From: Octopus sinensis
Taxonomy: Eukaryota
NCBI RefSeq assembly: GCF_006345805.1
Contig: NC_043001.1
Coordinates: forward strand, 22,072,001 to 22,136,000
Direction: 5' to 3'
Length of the DNA: 64,000 nt
Positions 51,117 through 63,275 of this stretch are shown here, piece by piece. A program made the translations under genes and the position numbers. Positions within the stretch are counted from its first letter, which is position 1. Each line of letters opens with the position of its first letter. The notes under the pieces are model-generated. The model saw nothing but the letters and a program-made list of their open reading frames with translations. It had not been told where the DNA came from and ran no database searches.

Positions 51117-52235
51117 GAGGGTGCATTGGGTAAATTGTCGTTATTTTATATTTTTAATTTTGTGCATGTGCATCGTTTGTCTTTGATTCTGTCAACTACA
51201 CAGTATAGAAGGGTCAGTTAGACACTGTCTGTGATAAAAAAAAAAAAGCAACATGATGCAATTCACTGCCAGAAATTTGGAAATGACGACAAGCTGGCAG
51301 AAACGTTAGCACGCCGGGCGAAATGTCTAGCAGTATTTTGTCTGCCGATGCATTCTGAGTTCAAATTCTGCCGAGGTTGACTTTTCCTTTCATCCTTTCA
51401 GGGTCGATAAATTAAGTACCAGTTATGCACTGGGTAGATGTAATCGACTTAATCCGTTTGTCTGTCCTTGTTTGTCCCCTCTGTGTTTAGCCCCTTGTGG
51501 GCAGTAAAGAAATAAGAAATTTGGAAATGACATACTGTACTGCTTAGCATTTACGCTGGAAGCTCCAATACAAGCATTTCCGCATGTTTGGGTGTCAATC
51601 TGTGGACAGTGCAGAGGTTTTGGTAAAAGTTGGATGAGTCTAAAGGTATGGCAGCTCAGTAAACTCACGCTGACCATTCTAAGAAAAGAAATCCTGAATT
51701 TGTTGGTGAGATCCAGGCCATGGTTGACAATAATCCCTCCAAGTCAATCAGGTCTGTCACCAGGGACATGGGAGTATCTGAGTTTCTTATCAGGCAGGTA
51801 GTGTATGAAGACTTTCAGTATTCCTCATACAGGATGAGAAAGGGTCAATTTTTATCTCAAGCCATCAAAGACAAGAGGAATGACCATGCAACAAAGCTTT
51901 TGAACAAATTCAAGCATTCCCTCCAACCAAACATGCTTTAGTTTTTCTCAGATGAGAAAAATTTCTGCCAGGATCAGATGGTGAACATACAGAACAACTG
52001 TTGGTTTGCCATGTCCCCAAAACATGTACCAAAAGTGTTAAAAAATCAAACATCCAGTCAACACCATGGTGTTTCGAGTGATCACTAGTGATGGCAACAT
52101 TATGCCTCCATCTTCACATGACCTCACTCAACATGGAGCTCTATATCAAGTGCCTGGAGGAGGTAGTGCTGCCTTGGGTGAAGAGGGTAGCAACAGGATT
52201 CTGCCCCATGCATCACAAGCAGGAGAACCCAGTCA
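51117..52235 (+). mobile_element. Degenerate Tc1/mariner-superfamily transposase (maT/DD37D-like), 3'-truncated
   Basis: PEFVGEIQAMVDNNPSKSIRSVTRDMGVS (HTH), YRMRKGQFLS, FSDEKNF..NIQNNCW, VFRVITSDG, YIKCLEEVVLPW; internal stop; TIR-like gggtgcattgggtaaattgtcg. Subfamily is inferred. Confidence 0.8.
51288..51514 (+). mobile_element. SINE family B nested in a Tc1/mariner element
   Basis: 17-bp TSD agaaatttggaaatgac at 51271-51287 and 51515-51531. Confidence 0.88.
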
Positions 52236-53329
52236 TGACTGAAACAAGTAAAAGAGTGAAAGAACTGTGTCAATAAACCACTTATTGTTCCTGAAAGTTG
52301 TTTTTTATATCTTCTACAATGGATTTTTTTTATTTATTTATGTGCCCTTTTCAAGCCTAGCCAGGCTCATGGGCCCGGTTTCCTGGTATATGTGTTCCCT
52401 CCAGCTGAACAGGACGCCAGTCCATCGCAGAGTTACTCAAGAAACAGGAAGAAAGAGAGAGAAAGTTGGGGCAAAAGAGTACAACAGGGATCGCCACCAC
52501 CCCCTGCCAGAGCCACGTGGAGCTTTAGGTGTTTTTGCTCAATAAACACACACAACACCCGGTCTGGGAATCGAAACCACGATCCTCCGACTGCGAGTCT
52601 GCTGCCCTAACCACTGGGCCATTGCGCTGCCATTCTACTATGGACTGCTTGAAGCTTACTAACTTCCTATACCTGGGTCCTTGGATTTCACCTTTACATA
52701 TAATTATATATATATAAAATATAACTTTCCCACTTTCTCAAATACTCCCTCCATTTAAGAGGAAGTTTCCCTTTTACCTTTCCTTTTATTCTTTCCTGCC
52801 TTGCAAGTTACTTGGCAACCCCACCAGTGCCAATGGTATGGGGTGGGGGAAGTACTCTGTACAAAGTGTAAAAATGGTTGGTGTTAGGAAGGCATCAAGC
52901 CATAGAGATCATGTCAAAGCTGATATGGAGCACAGCACAATCCTGTCGCTCACTGGATCTGGTCAAACTGTCCAACCTATGCTAGTATGTAAAACATTAA
53001 TTGATGATGATGATGATGGTGGTGGTGGCAGTGGTGTGTGTGTGTGTGCCCTCACCATCATCATTTAATGGTGGTTTTCTGGCATGGGTTGGACAGTTTG
53101 GTTTGACCAGAGCTAGTAAGCAGTGAAGCTGCACCAGGTTCACATACAAGTGCTACCAGTTGAATGCTCTGCATACCAGACATTAGCAGGCTTAGGGGGT
53201 CCTCAGGGGAGTATGTGCACCATTTCAGGGCCTTCATCTTGATGACTTGTTGTGCACCAGCATCACTTGTTAGATCAACTGGTTACTAGACTTCACTCAA
53301 TATTTTAGCTATTATTACTCATTGTCTCT

Positions 53330-54440
53330 TTTTAACCAAATCCAGTGGCTTGCCTTCACCATTGTAGCTTAGATATCATTTGTGATGGTATTTGCTTTAG
53401 ACTGCAACAACAACCATAATCTTATACCATTTTCAATGAATCCTCTAAATCCAACTTCAATTGGGTAACGATCTTCCTTCCAGCCTGTGTCTTCATAATC
53501 CTTGAGATATTCATAACAGTTGATCTTTTGAATTTAAGCAGCATCCATGTTATCTTCACAAGGAACCATTAACTTGACTAGATTTACTTTTTTTTTTTTT
53601 TCTCACACCATATGATAATATCTGGTTTCTTTGTAAGTGGAATGGGGAAAATCCTTGGCACCCTGATAAATCTGCAGCCACTGTCCATCAGCCATTCCAC
53701 TTTTCATTGTTCACAAGAAGTTTCTTTTTCTTTGAATGGATCTGCTGTTCTGAATGCACAATAGCAATGAAATCCACGGCTGGTTTCTTTTGAGGTTTCT
53801 TGCCATTGTTGATTTGAGTAATCTGGTTCTTTGCAGCATTGAAAAGGATCATAAGAACCAGATTGTATCCCTGGGTAGTGAACAGTTGGAAGAATATGTT
53901 TCAGTATTCCTACCATCTTGCATCTGCATTTACAACTCTTGGATATATTTCCTCTTATCAAGTTTGCAGGTGATAGTAAGACATCACAGGATGAAAGAAT
54001 AAAAATACTTAGTCATGATGCACTTCACTTTCATTCCGACATATTTTCTCTCAACTTTGTTCTCCTATCTTATCATCTGTCCTTGTTGAGAACACTTACT
54101 ATAAGCATCCTACTTGAAAAAGGCCTGAGCCAATCCGAGCCAAAACCCAAGTCGTTTCTGATCAATTTGAGTGGCTCCCACCATATTTTAGTGTTTAAAA
54201 CAGGATGTCACCAGTTTCTGCTTCTACATTCACTTCCTGGCTGTTTTTACATCTGGTGGATTACGCCTTGTTCTATATCCTTCAAACATATATATCCTTC
54301 AACTCTCTTACCAGTTTGTATATCTTCCCTACTTCATAAATTTCAACAACTGATATTAGCGGTCGCTGCAGTGACATCCTTTTACGATAACTCTGTTGAT
54401 TCACCAGAAGCAATAAATTTTGTTGGTTTCCAAGTGTTTA
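53330..54440 (-). mobile_element. 3' relic of an RLE-encoding (R2 superfamily, HERO-like) non-LTR retrotransposon
   Basis: Minus, across frameshifts: KTARK*NVEAE..KH*NMVGATQIDQKRLGF; DVLLSPANL; CKCRCKMVGILKHIL (decayed CCHC); W..AADL; KKPDIIIW..VNLVKLMVPCEDNMDAA; GWKEDRYPIEVGFRGF. Confidence 0.8.
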
Positions 54441-55617
54441 ATTAATAGGTTTTATTGATATAAGCTTTAATAATGTGCGAATGTCTATGTGTGCCTATAT
54501 GTATATATACTCTTTTACTCTTTTACTTGTTTCAGTCATTTGACTGTGGCCATGCTGGAGCACCGCCTTTAGTTGAGCAAATTGACCCCAGGACTTATTC
54601 TTTGTAAGCCTAGTACTTATTCTATCGCTCTCTTTTGCCGAACCGCTAAGTTACGGGGACATAAACCCAGCACCATCAGCTGTCAAGCGATATTGGGGGG
54701 GGGGGGACAAACACAGACACACAAACATATATACGACGGGCTTTTTTCAGTTTCTGTCTACCAAATCCACTCACAATGCTTTGGTTGGCTCGAGGCTATA
54801 GTAGAAGACACTTGCCCAAGGTGCCATGTAGTGGGACTTGAACCCGGAACCATGTGGTTGGTAAGCAAGCTACTTACCACACAGCCACTCCTGCACCTGT
54901 CTATATGAATACATAATTTTGTGTATGTATGTATATATGCATGTGTCTGCACAAGCACATGCAAAATGAACATCCGCATACATACTCACTGTTCTTATGT
55001 ATTGCTTATAAGTATTACTTTGAACACTACTTAAACAGTGATGCAATTTCATGACTTCACTTGTGTGGAATTTAATATATTTATAAATGTTTCCATGAGA
55101 ACCAGAAATGAAATCAAAAACAGGAGCTTGAAGCAGCAGTTTTCACACGTGTTATTCACAGAAGTTTTTACACAGAAAAACATAAGGAAAGGCGTTTTCT
55201 TCAAACTTTCATTTTGTATTTCAGAAGATATTCAGACTGAATATTTCCAAAAAAGAAAAAAAGAAAAGAAAAAAGGTTTGGATTGCCAACTGATGACCGG
55301 CAATGAATAACAGAATACTGAAAACCAGACACTTATAGTTTTAATGCATTAAAGAATACTACACACACACACGCATTTTACACCGTTCATCAAAGGTCCA
55401 GTTCACTTAGAGACCTCATCACTATTTTAATCTCTTCCCAGTTCCACTGAATCACTCCTACCCACTTTCCTATAAAAAGAGTAGTCATATAGCTCCTCTG
55501 TTCTGCTTTCACCCCTTCTCTCAGATTTTAACCATTCATCTCCTGGTGTAAAGTCATCCTCTCTCAGGGTTTATAGTTTTGTGAGCTGCATGGCACCCAG
55601 TTTATACTGTAAATCAG

Positions 55618-55851
55618 GCGGCGAGCTGGCAGAAACGTTAGCACGCCGGGTGAAATGCGTAGCCGTATTTCGTCTGCCGTTACGTTCTGAGTTCAAATTC
55701 TGCCGAGGTCGACTTTGCCTTTCATCCTTTCGGGGGTCAATAAATTAAGTACCAGTTACGCACTGGGGTCGATGTAATCGACTTAATCCGTTTGTCTGTC
55801 CTTGTTTATCCCCTCTGTGTTTAGCCCCTTGTGGGTAGTGAAGAAATATAA
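55618..55851 (+). mobile_element. SINE family B
   Basis: 16-bp TSD ttatactgtaaatcag at 55602-55617 and 55852-55867. Other B copies at ~13625-13830(-), 19275-19680(-), 23455-23880(-), 26275-26490(+) and 43060-43355(-). Confidence 0.88.
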
Positions 55852-55907
55852 TTATACTGTAAATCAGTTGGCAGTAGAAAGGGCATCAAATTATAGAAAC
55901 CATGCCA

Positions 55908-56111
55908 AGTTCCTGGCTTTTCGTAAAAGAAAATACAGAAGGATCAGTTAATTATGATTTTACTCAACATATTCCCCTCTCAGATTCACACATTTATTGC
56001 AGCAGTCCTTCAGTTTTTCCAAGCCCTGTAAAAGAACTCTGAAGGTTGGGCCAACAACCAGGCCTTTCACAATACCCTTAAAGCCAGGAACTTTTCAGCA
56101 CCCGCCTTGTA
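55908..56111 (-). mobile_element. Mariner-derived MITE
   Basis: Ends ggaacttttcagcacccgccttgTA; internal minus-strand sequence encodes a mariner-like C-terminus (GLGKTEG/..CNKCVNLRGEYVE*); left TIR truncated (aagttcctggcttt). Confidence 0.65.
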
Positions 56112-56131
56112 GAGTATGATGCAGTCCTTAA

Positions 56132-56350
56132 CCCTTTCAATACCAACCCGGCTGAAACCAGCTCTAGCTCTGAGTACAAATGTCTTGTTTTCATATGCTT
56201 TGAATTAGAATCTTCCACCAAACCTTAGTCACAATTTATGTTCCTAACACCAGCTTAATGATAACTAAGTTATTTTACTAAGTTCTTTGTTATATTTAAA
56301 GTAATTGAAAAAACACAGAGCATCTCAAAATAAATACAGTAACGAAAGGG
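56132..56350 (+). mobile_element. piggyBac-like MITE, second family
   Basis: TTAA|CCCTTTC...GAAAGGG|TTAA with both TTAA sites intact. Confidence 0.85.
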
Positions 56351-57095
56351 TTAAATAGAGAAGAGATAATTGAAGCATTTGGACAGTTTATCACAGCAAA
56401 AGATGAACTTTTTTTTTAAAGATGGAACATATGACATAGAGAAACGTTGGATAAACCTCATAAATGAACATGGATATCATACTTTAAATAAATAAGTTCT
56501 CTCACACTTCTGAAACATTTTATTGTTACCTTTCAAATATGACATTCCATGCGAAACAACCTAATAGCATCTGTACCATTGAAGCGTGACAGTTTTCTCA
56601 TACTTTCTTGACCATGTCACCAATACAATCCCCGCTGTATTATTTACACACTACAGTAATACATTAGGGACTCAGTCGTTTCAAATCTTTCTATTGGTCC
56701 TTTTAACTCTCTTTTGTCCTTTACATGTTTTAGTGACTGGATTGAAGGAGTGTCGGATTGAAGGAGTGCTTTGAAGGGTTTAGCTAAATCAAACCACACT
56801 GGTAGTCAAGTGGTGAGCTGGGGTGACAAATACAGCAACAAATACACACTCACACACTTGCACACACTCACTCACACACACACACACACTCACTCACTCA
56901 CTCTCACTCACTTGCGCACGCACGTGCACACACACACCAGGCTTCCACATTGTTTCCATTTAACAAATTCACTTGCAAGGCTTTGATCAACCTGGGTCCA
57001 CTTTCCCAAGGTATTTGCAGTGAAACTGAACCCAAAACCACATAGTTGCAAAGTTAGCTCCTTAATCACACAGCCATGCCTACACCTTTCTCATT

Positions 57096-57800
57096 AGGCA
57101 GCGAGCTGGCAGAATCGTTAGCACACTGGACGAAATGCTTAATGGTATTTTCGTCTGTGTTACGTTGTGAGTTCAAATTCCGCCGAGGTCGACTTTGCCT
57201 TTCATCCTTTCGGGGTCGATAAATTAAGTACCAGTTAAGCACTGGGGTCGATGTAATCGACTTAATACCTATGTCTGTCCTTGTTTGTCCCCTCTATGTT
57301 TAGCCTCTTGTGGGTAATAAAGAAATAGGTATTTTGCCCATCCTTACATTCTGAGTTCAAATTCCACCGAGGTTGACCTTGCTTTTTATCCTTTTGAGGT
57401 TGATAAATTAAGTACCAGTTAAGCAATTGGGTCGATGTACTTGACTAGTTCCCTCCCCACAAAATTTGAGGCCTTGTGTCTATTATAGAAAAGATTATTA
57501 TTATTGTTATTATTATTATTGTTATTATTATTATTATTATTATTGTTATTATTATTATTGTTATTGTTATTATTATTATTATTATTATAATGCTTAACGG
57601 TATTTCGTCTGCTGTTACGTTCTTAGTTCAAATTCTGCCGAGGTTAACTTTGCCTTTCATCCTTTCGGGGTCAATTAAGTAAGTACCAGTTACACACTGG
57701 GGTCGATATAATCGACTTAATCCATTTGTCTGTCCTTGTTTGTCCCCTCTATGTTTAGCCCCTTGTGAGCAATAAAGAATTAAATTATTATTATTATTAT
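57096..57800 (+). mobile_element. Tandem cluster of three SINE B copies with an (ATT)n tract
   Basis: Three successive B bodies; (ATT/GTT)n at ~57495-57590. Confidence 0.8.
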
Positions 57801-58069
57801 TATCTAAGTATACTAAATGCGTGTCAATGTGTTGCCTTTGATTTTGATAATCATTTTCAAATTGAAATTACTCCACAATATGAAAGCCAATAGCTATTGC
57901 CTTATCTCTTCATCTCTTCAGTCTCCGGCTCTATTGTTCCATGGGATTTTAAAGTAGCTTTATTGGTTTCATTCCACAATGGTTCCATACAAAATTTTAA
58001 AGACTAACTGAATATTAAATTTCATTCAGATTTGATAAGACTTCGTCGTTATTAGTTCTACATCAGCTT

Positions 58070-58081
58070 TATATATATATA

Positions 58082-58164
<83 letters not shown>

Positions 58165-58172
58165 TGTATATA

Positions 58173-58203
<31 letters not shown>

Positions 58204-58397
58204 ATATGTGTGTGTGGTGTGTATATGTGTGTGTGTGTGTATATATATATATATGTTGTGTGTATATATATATATGTGTGTGTGTATATAATATATATAT
58301 ATATATAATGTGTGTGTGTATATATATATTATATATATATATGTGTGTGTATATATATATATATGGTGTGTGTGTATATATATATATATATATATGT

Positions 58398-58433
<36 letters not shown>

Positions 58434-58478
58434 GTGTGTGTGTGTGTGTATTATATATATATATATTGTGTGTGTGTG

Positions 58479-58529
<51 letters not shown>

Positions 58530-58595
58530 GTGTGGTGTGTGTGTATATATATATATATATATGTGTGTGTGGTGTGTGTATATATATATATTATA

Positions 58596-58658
<63 letters not shown>

Positions 58659-58832
58659 GTGTGTGGTGTATATATATAATATATGTGTGTGTGTGTGTGT
58701 ATATTATATATATATATGTGTGTGTGTGGTATATATATATATATGTGTGTGTGTGGTATATATATATATATATGTGTGTTGTGTGGTGTGTGTGTGTTAT
58801 TATATATATATATATACACATATATATATAAT
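58070..58832. repeat. Compound (TA)n/(TG)n microsatellite, ~760 bp
   Basis: Direct reading. Confidence 0.95.
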
Positions 58833-59177
58833 TAATTGTTCAGTCATAACCATAATATTCTTTGCACGTCTTCTTCTGCATTTACTAGAACAATGTGCTT
58901 TGTCACTGATGCTTTAACAAAAAATCAATAACTGCTCCATAGTATTGTATCCTGACATAAGTTTGAGTGTTGTAGGTTGATCAGTCTTTTATCTTTTGTA
59001 GTTACTTTACTACTAGGCATAGGGTGGCTGTGTGGTAAGCAGCTTGCTTACCAACAACATGGCTCCGGGTTCAGTCCCGCTGCGTGGCACCTTGGGCAAG
59101 CGTCTTCTACTATAGCTTTGGGCTGATCAAAGCCTTGTGAGTGGATTTGGTAGATGGAAACTGAAAGAAGCCCGTCG

Positions 59178-59215
<38 letters not shown>

Positions 59216-60528
59216 ATATGTATGTGTGTGTATATGCTTGTGTGTCTATGTTTGTCCCCCCAAACATCGCTTGACAACTGATGGCGGTGTGTTTATGTCC
59301 CCATAACTTAGTGGTTCGGCAAAAGAGACCGATAGAATAAATACTAGGCTTACAAAGAATAAGTCCTGGGGTCGATTTGCTCGACTAGAGGTGGTGCTCC
59401 AGCATGACCGCAGTCAAATGACTGAAACAAGTAAAAGAGTAAGAGAGTACTATTTAACTTTAAAAGATTAAAGATTGTCTTCTTATTCCAAATAAGCTAA
59501 TTTTTTTTATATTTTGGGTATTTTCATATCTTAAATCAAAAGCATTTATGCCACACACACACACGCACACACTTGTGCATGTGCACACACAGACACACAC
59601 GTATATTTACACACACATACCGTTGAGACTAGTGAAAATCAAATCAAAATCAAACCAAATCAAATCAGATATCAGAAAGCAGAACCAAAATCGAAGTCGA
59701 TCAACATCAATGGAAATTGCAGCTGTGGTACCAGTGCCGGTGACAAGTAAGCGAACCATCCGATCGTGGCCGTTGCCAGCGCCACCCTGACTGGCCTCCG
59801 TGCTGGTGGCACGTAAAAGCACCATCTGTTCGTGGCCGTTTGCCAGCTCTGTCTGGCACCTGTGCGGATGGCACGTAAAAAGCACCCACTACACTCTTGG
59901 AGTAGTTGGCGTTAGGAAGGGCATCCAGCTGTAGAAACATTACCAGATCAGACTGGGCCTGGTGCAGTCTTCTGGCTTCACAGACCCCAGTTGAACCGTC
60001 CAACCCATGCTAGCATGGAAAGCGGACGCTAAATGATGATGATGATGATGATGATGATACTGTTTAGTGTTTCTTTATTAGATAAAGAATGATAATTGCA
60101 TTTTTAATTATTTTAGATCACGACTATGAATTTATACTATAAAGTACAGATCTTGCAGGATGTAAATTTCACTAAAATGTAGTTGTTGTTTAAGCAAAGT
60201 TCAGCTCTAATTGTGCAGGCCTATTGTGAAAGGCATTCCAGTCATGACCATCTCATCGAGGACTAATATTATTTAATATGGTCTTTTATCTTTTTTTTTT
60301 TTTTAGCTGGTAATATGTTATTTGAAGTGTCACATCAGTGACAAAGCAGACTATTCTATTAAATGCAGAACAAAATGTGGAAAGAATATTTCAATCATAG
60401 CAAACAATTACATAGAAACTCTCTTGTTGACTTGTGTGGAATTCAGCTATATATCCATTGTCCTCATTTCACATCCAAGTTCCATACTGACATGGGCTGG
60501 ATGGTTTGACAGGATCCAATAGACTTAA

Positions 60529-60749
60529 CCCTTTCGTTACTGTATTTATTTTGAGAAGCTCTGTGTTTCTTTCAATTACTTTAAATATAACAAAGAATTT
60601 AGTAAAATAACTTAGTTATCATTCAGCTAGTGTTAGGAACATAAATCGTGACTATGGTTTGGTGGAAGATTTTAATTAAAACCTTATGAAAACAAGGCAT
60701 TTGTACAACGGAGCCAGAGCCGGTTTCAGCCGGGTTGGTAATGAAAGGG
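60529..60749 (-). mobile_element. Inverted second copy of the same piggyBac-like MITE
   Basis: TTAA at 60525-60528 and 60750-60753; about 90% identical by eye to the reverse complement of 56132-56350. Confidence 0.85.
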
Positions 60750-61489
60750 TTAAGGACTGTATCATACTCTACAAGGCGGGTGCTGAAAAATTCCTGAAAA
60801 GTTCCTAGTACAGCAGGGTTCACCACCAACCCCTACCAGAGCCTCGTGGAGCTTTTAGGTGTTTTCGTTCAATGAACACTCACAATGCCTGGTCTGGGAA
60901 TCGTAACCGCGATCCTACGACTGCAAGTCCGCTGCCCAAACCGCTGGGCCACTGCACCTCCACAGGAAAAAGTAATAGCAGGTTGAAAACTAACAGATGT
61001 CAACATTTTATGTAAATTTTTTTATAGAGGATATCTTTTAAATTATGGTCTAAATTATGAAATAAATTTCCACAAATTAGTGCAGCAAAGTATTTAGCAA
61101 ATATAAAAATGCTATAAACTGAAGGGCAGCTACTAAAACAGTTCCATCTGAACTAGTTTTCAATCTGGTATTGCTTTGATCTGTCTATTAGAAAAATTCT
61201 CTTTTTTTAAATTTATTTTATTAACAGCAGGTGCACGAGTAGCTGTGTGGTAAGTAGCTTGCTTACCAACCACATGGTTCCGGGTTCAGTCCCACTGTGT
61301 GGCACCTTGGGCATGTGTCTTCTACTATAGCACTGTCTTTAGTCGAACAAATCAACTCCAGGACTTATTCTTTGTAAGCCTTGTACTTATTCTACTGGTC
61401 TCTTTTGCCGAACCGCTAAGTTACAGGGGATGTAAAGACACCAGCATCGGTTGTCAAGCGATGTTGGGGGGACAAACACAGACACACAA

Positions 61490-61538
<49 letters not shown>

Positions 61539-62215
61539 CAACGGGCTACTTTCAGTTTCCGTCTACCAAATCCACTCACAAGGCTTTGGTCGGTCCGAGG
61601 CTATAATAGAAGACACTTTCCCAAGGTGCCACGCAGTGGGACTGAATCCGGAACTATGTGGTTCATAAGCAAGTTACTTCCCACACAGCCACTCCTAATG
61701 TATATACATTAATAAATAAGATAATAATATGTACTAAGTTGAAATTACCAAATAGTTAAAATATAATATAGTTTACATAGACACAGAGTAGATTGATGTC
61801 ACTCATCTCTGATGCAATGTACATAACACTAGTGAATTGTGAGTGCCACTCTTCTGCTGTTTAGCTTTAGGAACATCTAAGCACTAAGCACCACAGGGCA
61901 TAATCGTAAATTAACTTTCTACAAACTAAAGAAATCCTGTTTTGATAACCCAATATCCTACTCAGCCGTAGTGGAGACATTGTGTAAGAAATGAAAGATG
62001 CATCGAGTTATTTTCTGTACTTAGCACTTTAGCCATGAACAGGATCAGAAATGTTATGAGACAGCAATTATAATGTTGATAAACATCTTTTGAGTAAATG
62101 GCATTTGAAAAACAATGTTAATATTGTTCAACATTAACCCTTTAACATTTAGATTACTCTGTTAAATGTATTGCTTATTTATTCATTGTTTTGAATTAAT
62201 CCTAGGCGCAAGAGT

Positions 62216-62290
62216 GGCTGTGTGGTAAGTATTGGTGCAGGAGAGGCTGTGTGGTAAGTATTGGTGCAGGAGAGGCTGTGTGGTAAGTAG
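62216..62290 (+). repeat. Triplicated 29-bp SINE A head
   Basis: ggctgtgtggtaagtattggtgcaggaga twice, then ggctgtgtggtaagtagcttgc. Confidence 0.85.
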
Positions 62291-62959
62291 CTTGCTTATA
62301 GTGGGATTGAACCCAAAACCATGTGGTTGGGAAACAAGCTTCAGATTGAAGACAACATAAATGCTGGAATGATAATGGAGGCGCAATCAGCAATTCCAAA
62401 TAATTATTAATGTTAGGGCTCAGTTAAGAGCCCTAAGACTCATACAGCCAGAAATTAATCCAGTCTCCATGGCAGATAAGTGACTGGGATTATGAGATTA
62501 CAACAACAATACCTCACTTCTTTGAATGCAACACCATCCTCTCAGAGTATTAATTCCCCAGCTATTGCTGGAACTCATTTACCTTGAGTGGACTGGAACA
62601 ACATGAAATGAAGTGTTTTACTCAGAAACACAACACACTGCTCGGACTTGGAATCGAAACCATGATTATATGATTATGAGTGAACCACCTGATCTACTAA
62701 GTTACAGGTCTTTTCATGTTAATTGAAAAAGGTTTTTTTTTAAGGAAAAAGTAATATTGTGTGACCCCCCCCCACTTTGGTCATGAATGACCATGGGATT
62801 GCACCTAGAAAGTTACCCTGCAAGGCACAAGTCTGGGCAAGGTTGTTTATGGAAGGCCAGCAGTCGCCCATGCATACCAGCTTCCTCTCTCCACACTACT
62901 GATGTTATCCAAGGGAAAGGCAAAGGCCGATACAGCTTGGCACCAGTGACGTTGCAGCT

Positions 62960-63275
62960 CATTTATTAAAGTGCAAGTGGCTGAGTACTCCACAGACATG
63001 TGTACCTTTAACGTAGTTCTCGGGGAGATTCAGCATGACACAGAGTGTGACAAGGCTGGCCCTTTAAAATTCAGGTACAACAGAAACAGGAAGAAAGAAT
63101 AAGAGAAAGTTGTGGTGAAAGAATCCAGCAGGGTTCACCACCACCCCCTGCCGGAGCCTCATGGAGCTTTTAGGTGTTTTCGCCCAATAAACACTCACAA
63201 TGCCCGGTCTGAGAATCAAAACCGCTTTCCTACGACTGCGAGTCCACTGCCCAAACCACTGGGCCATTGCACCTC
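62960..63275 (-). mobile_element. tRNA-derived SINE family C
   Basis: Minus head gcaatggcccagtggtt..gggcag..tcgtagga..cgcggtttcgattc; other copies at ~52390-52630 and 60811-60960. Confidence 0.75.

Noticed and set aside
53918-54445. Plus-strand 175-aa ORF with KFAGDSK resembling an RT FADD motif
   Set aside because: Surrounding RT motifs are absent; the opposite strand carries a coherent ordered set of RLE-element motifs.
56528-56640. AG...GT-bounded minus segment tested as the missing tetraspanin TM2 exon
   Set aside because: Stops in all three frames and no GCxGA motif. TM1/TM2 exons were not found in 50485-64000.
58081-58917. Cys/Val/Tyr/Ile-rich ORFs (also 41749-42299, 2496-2834, 34217-34716, 48316-48822)
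   Set aside because: Microsatellite translations.
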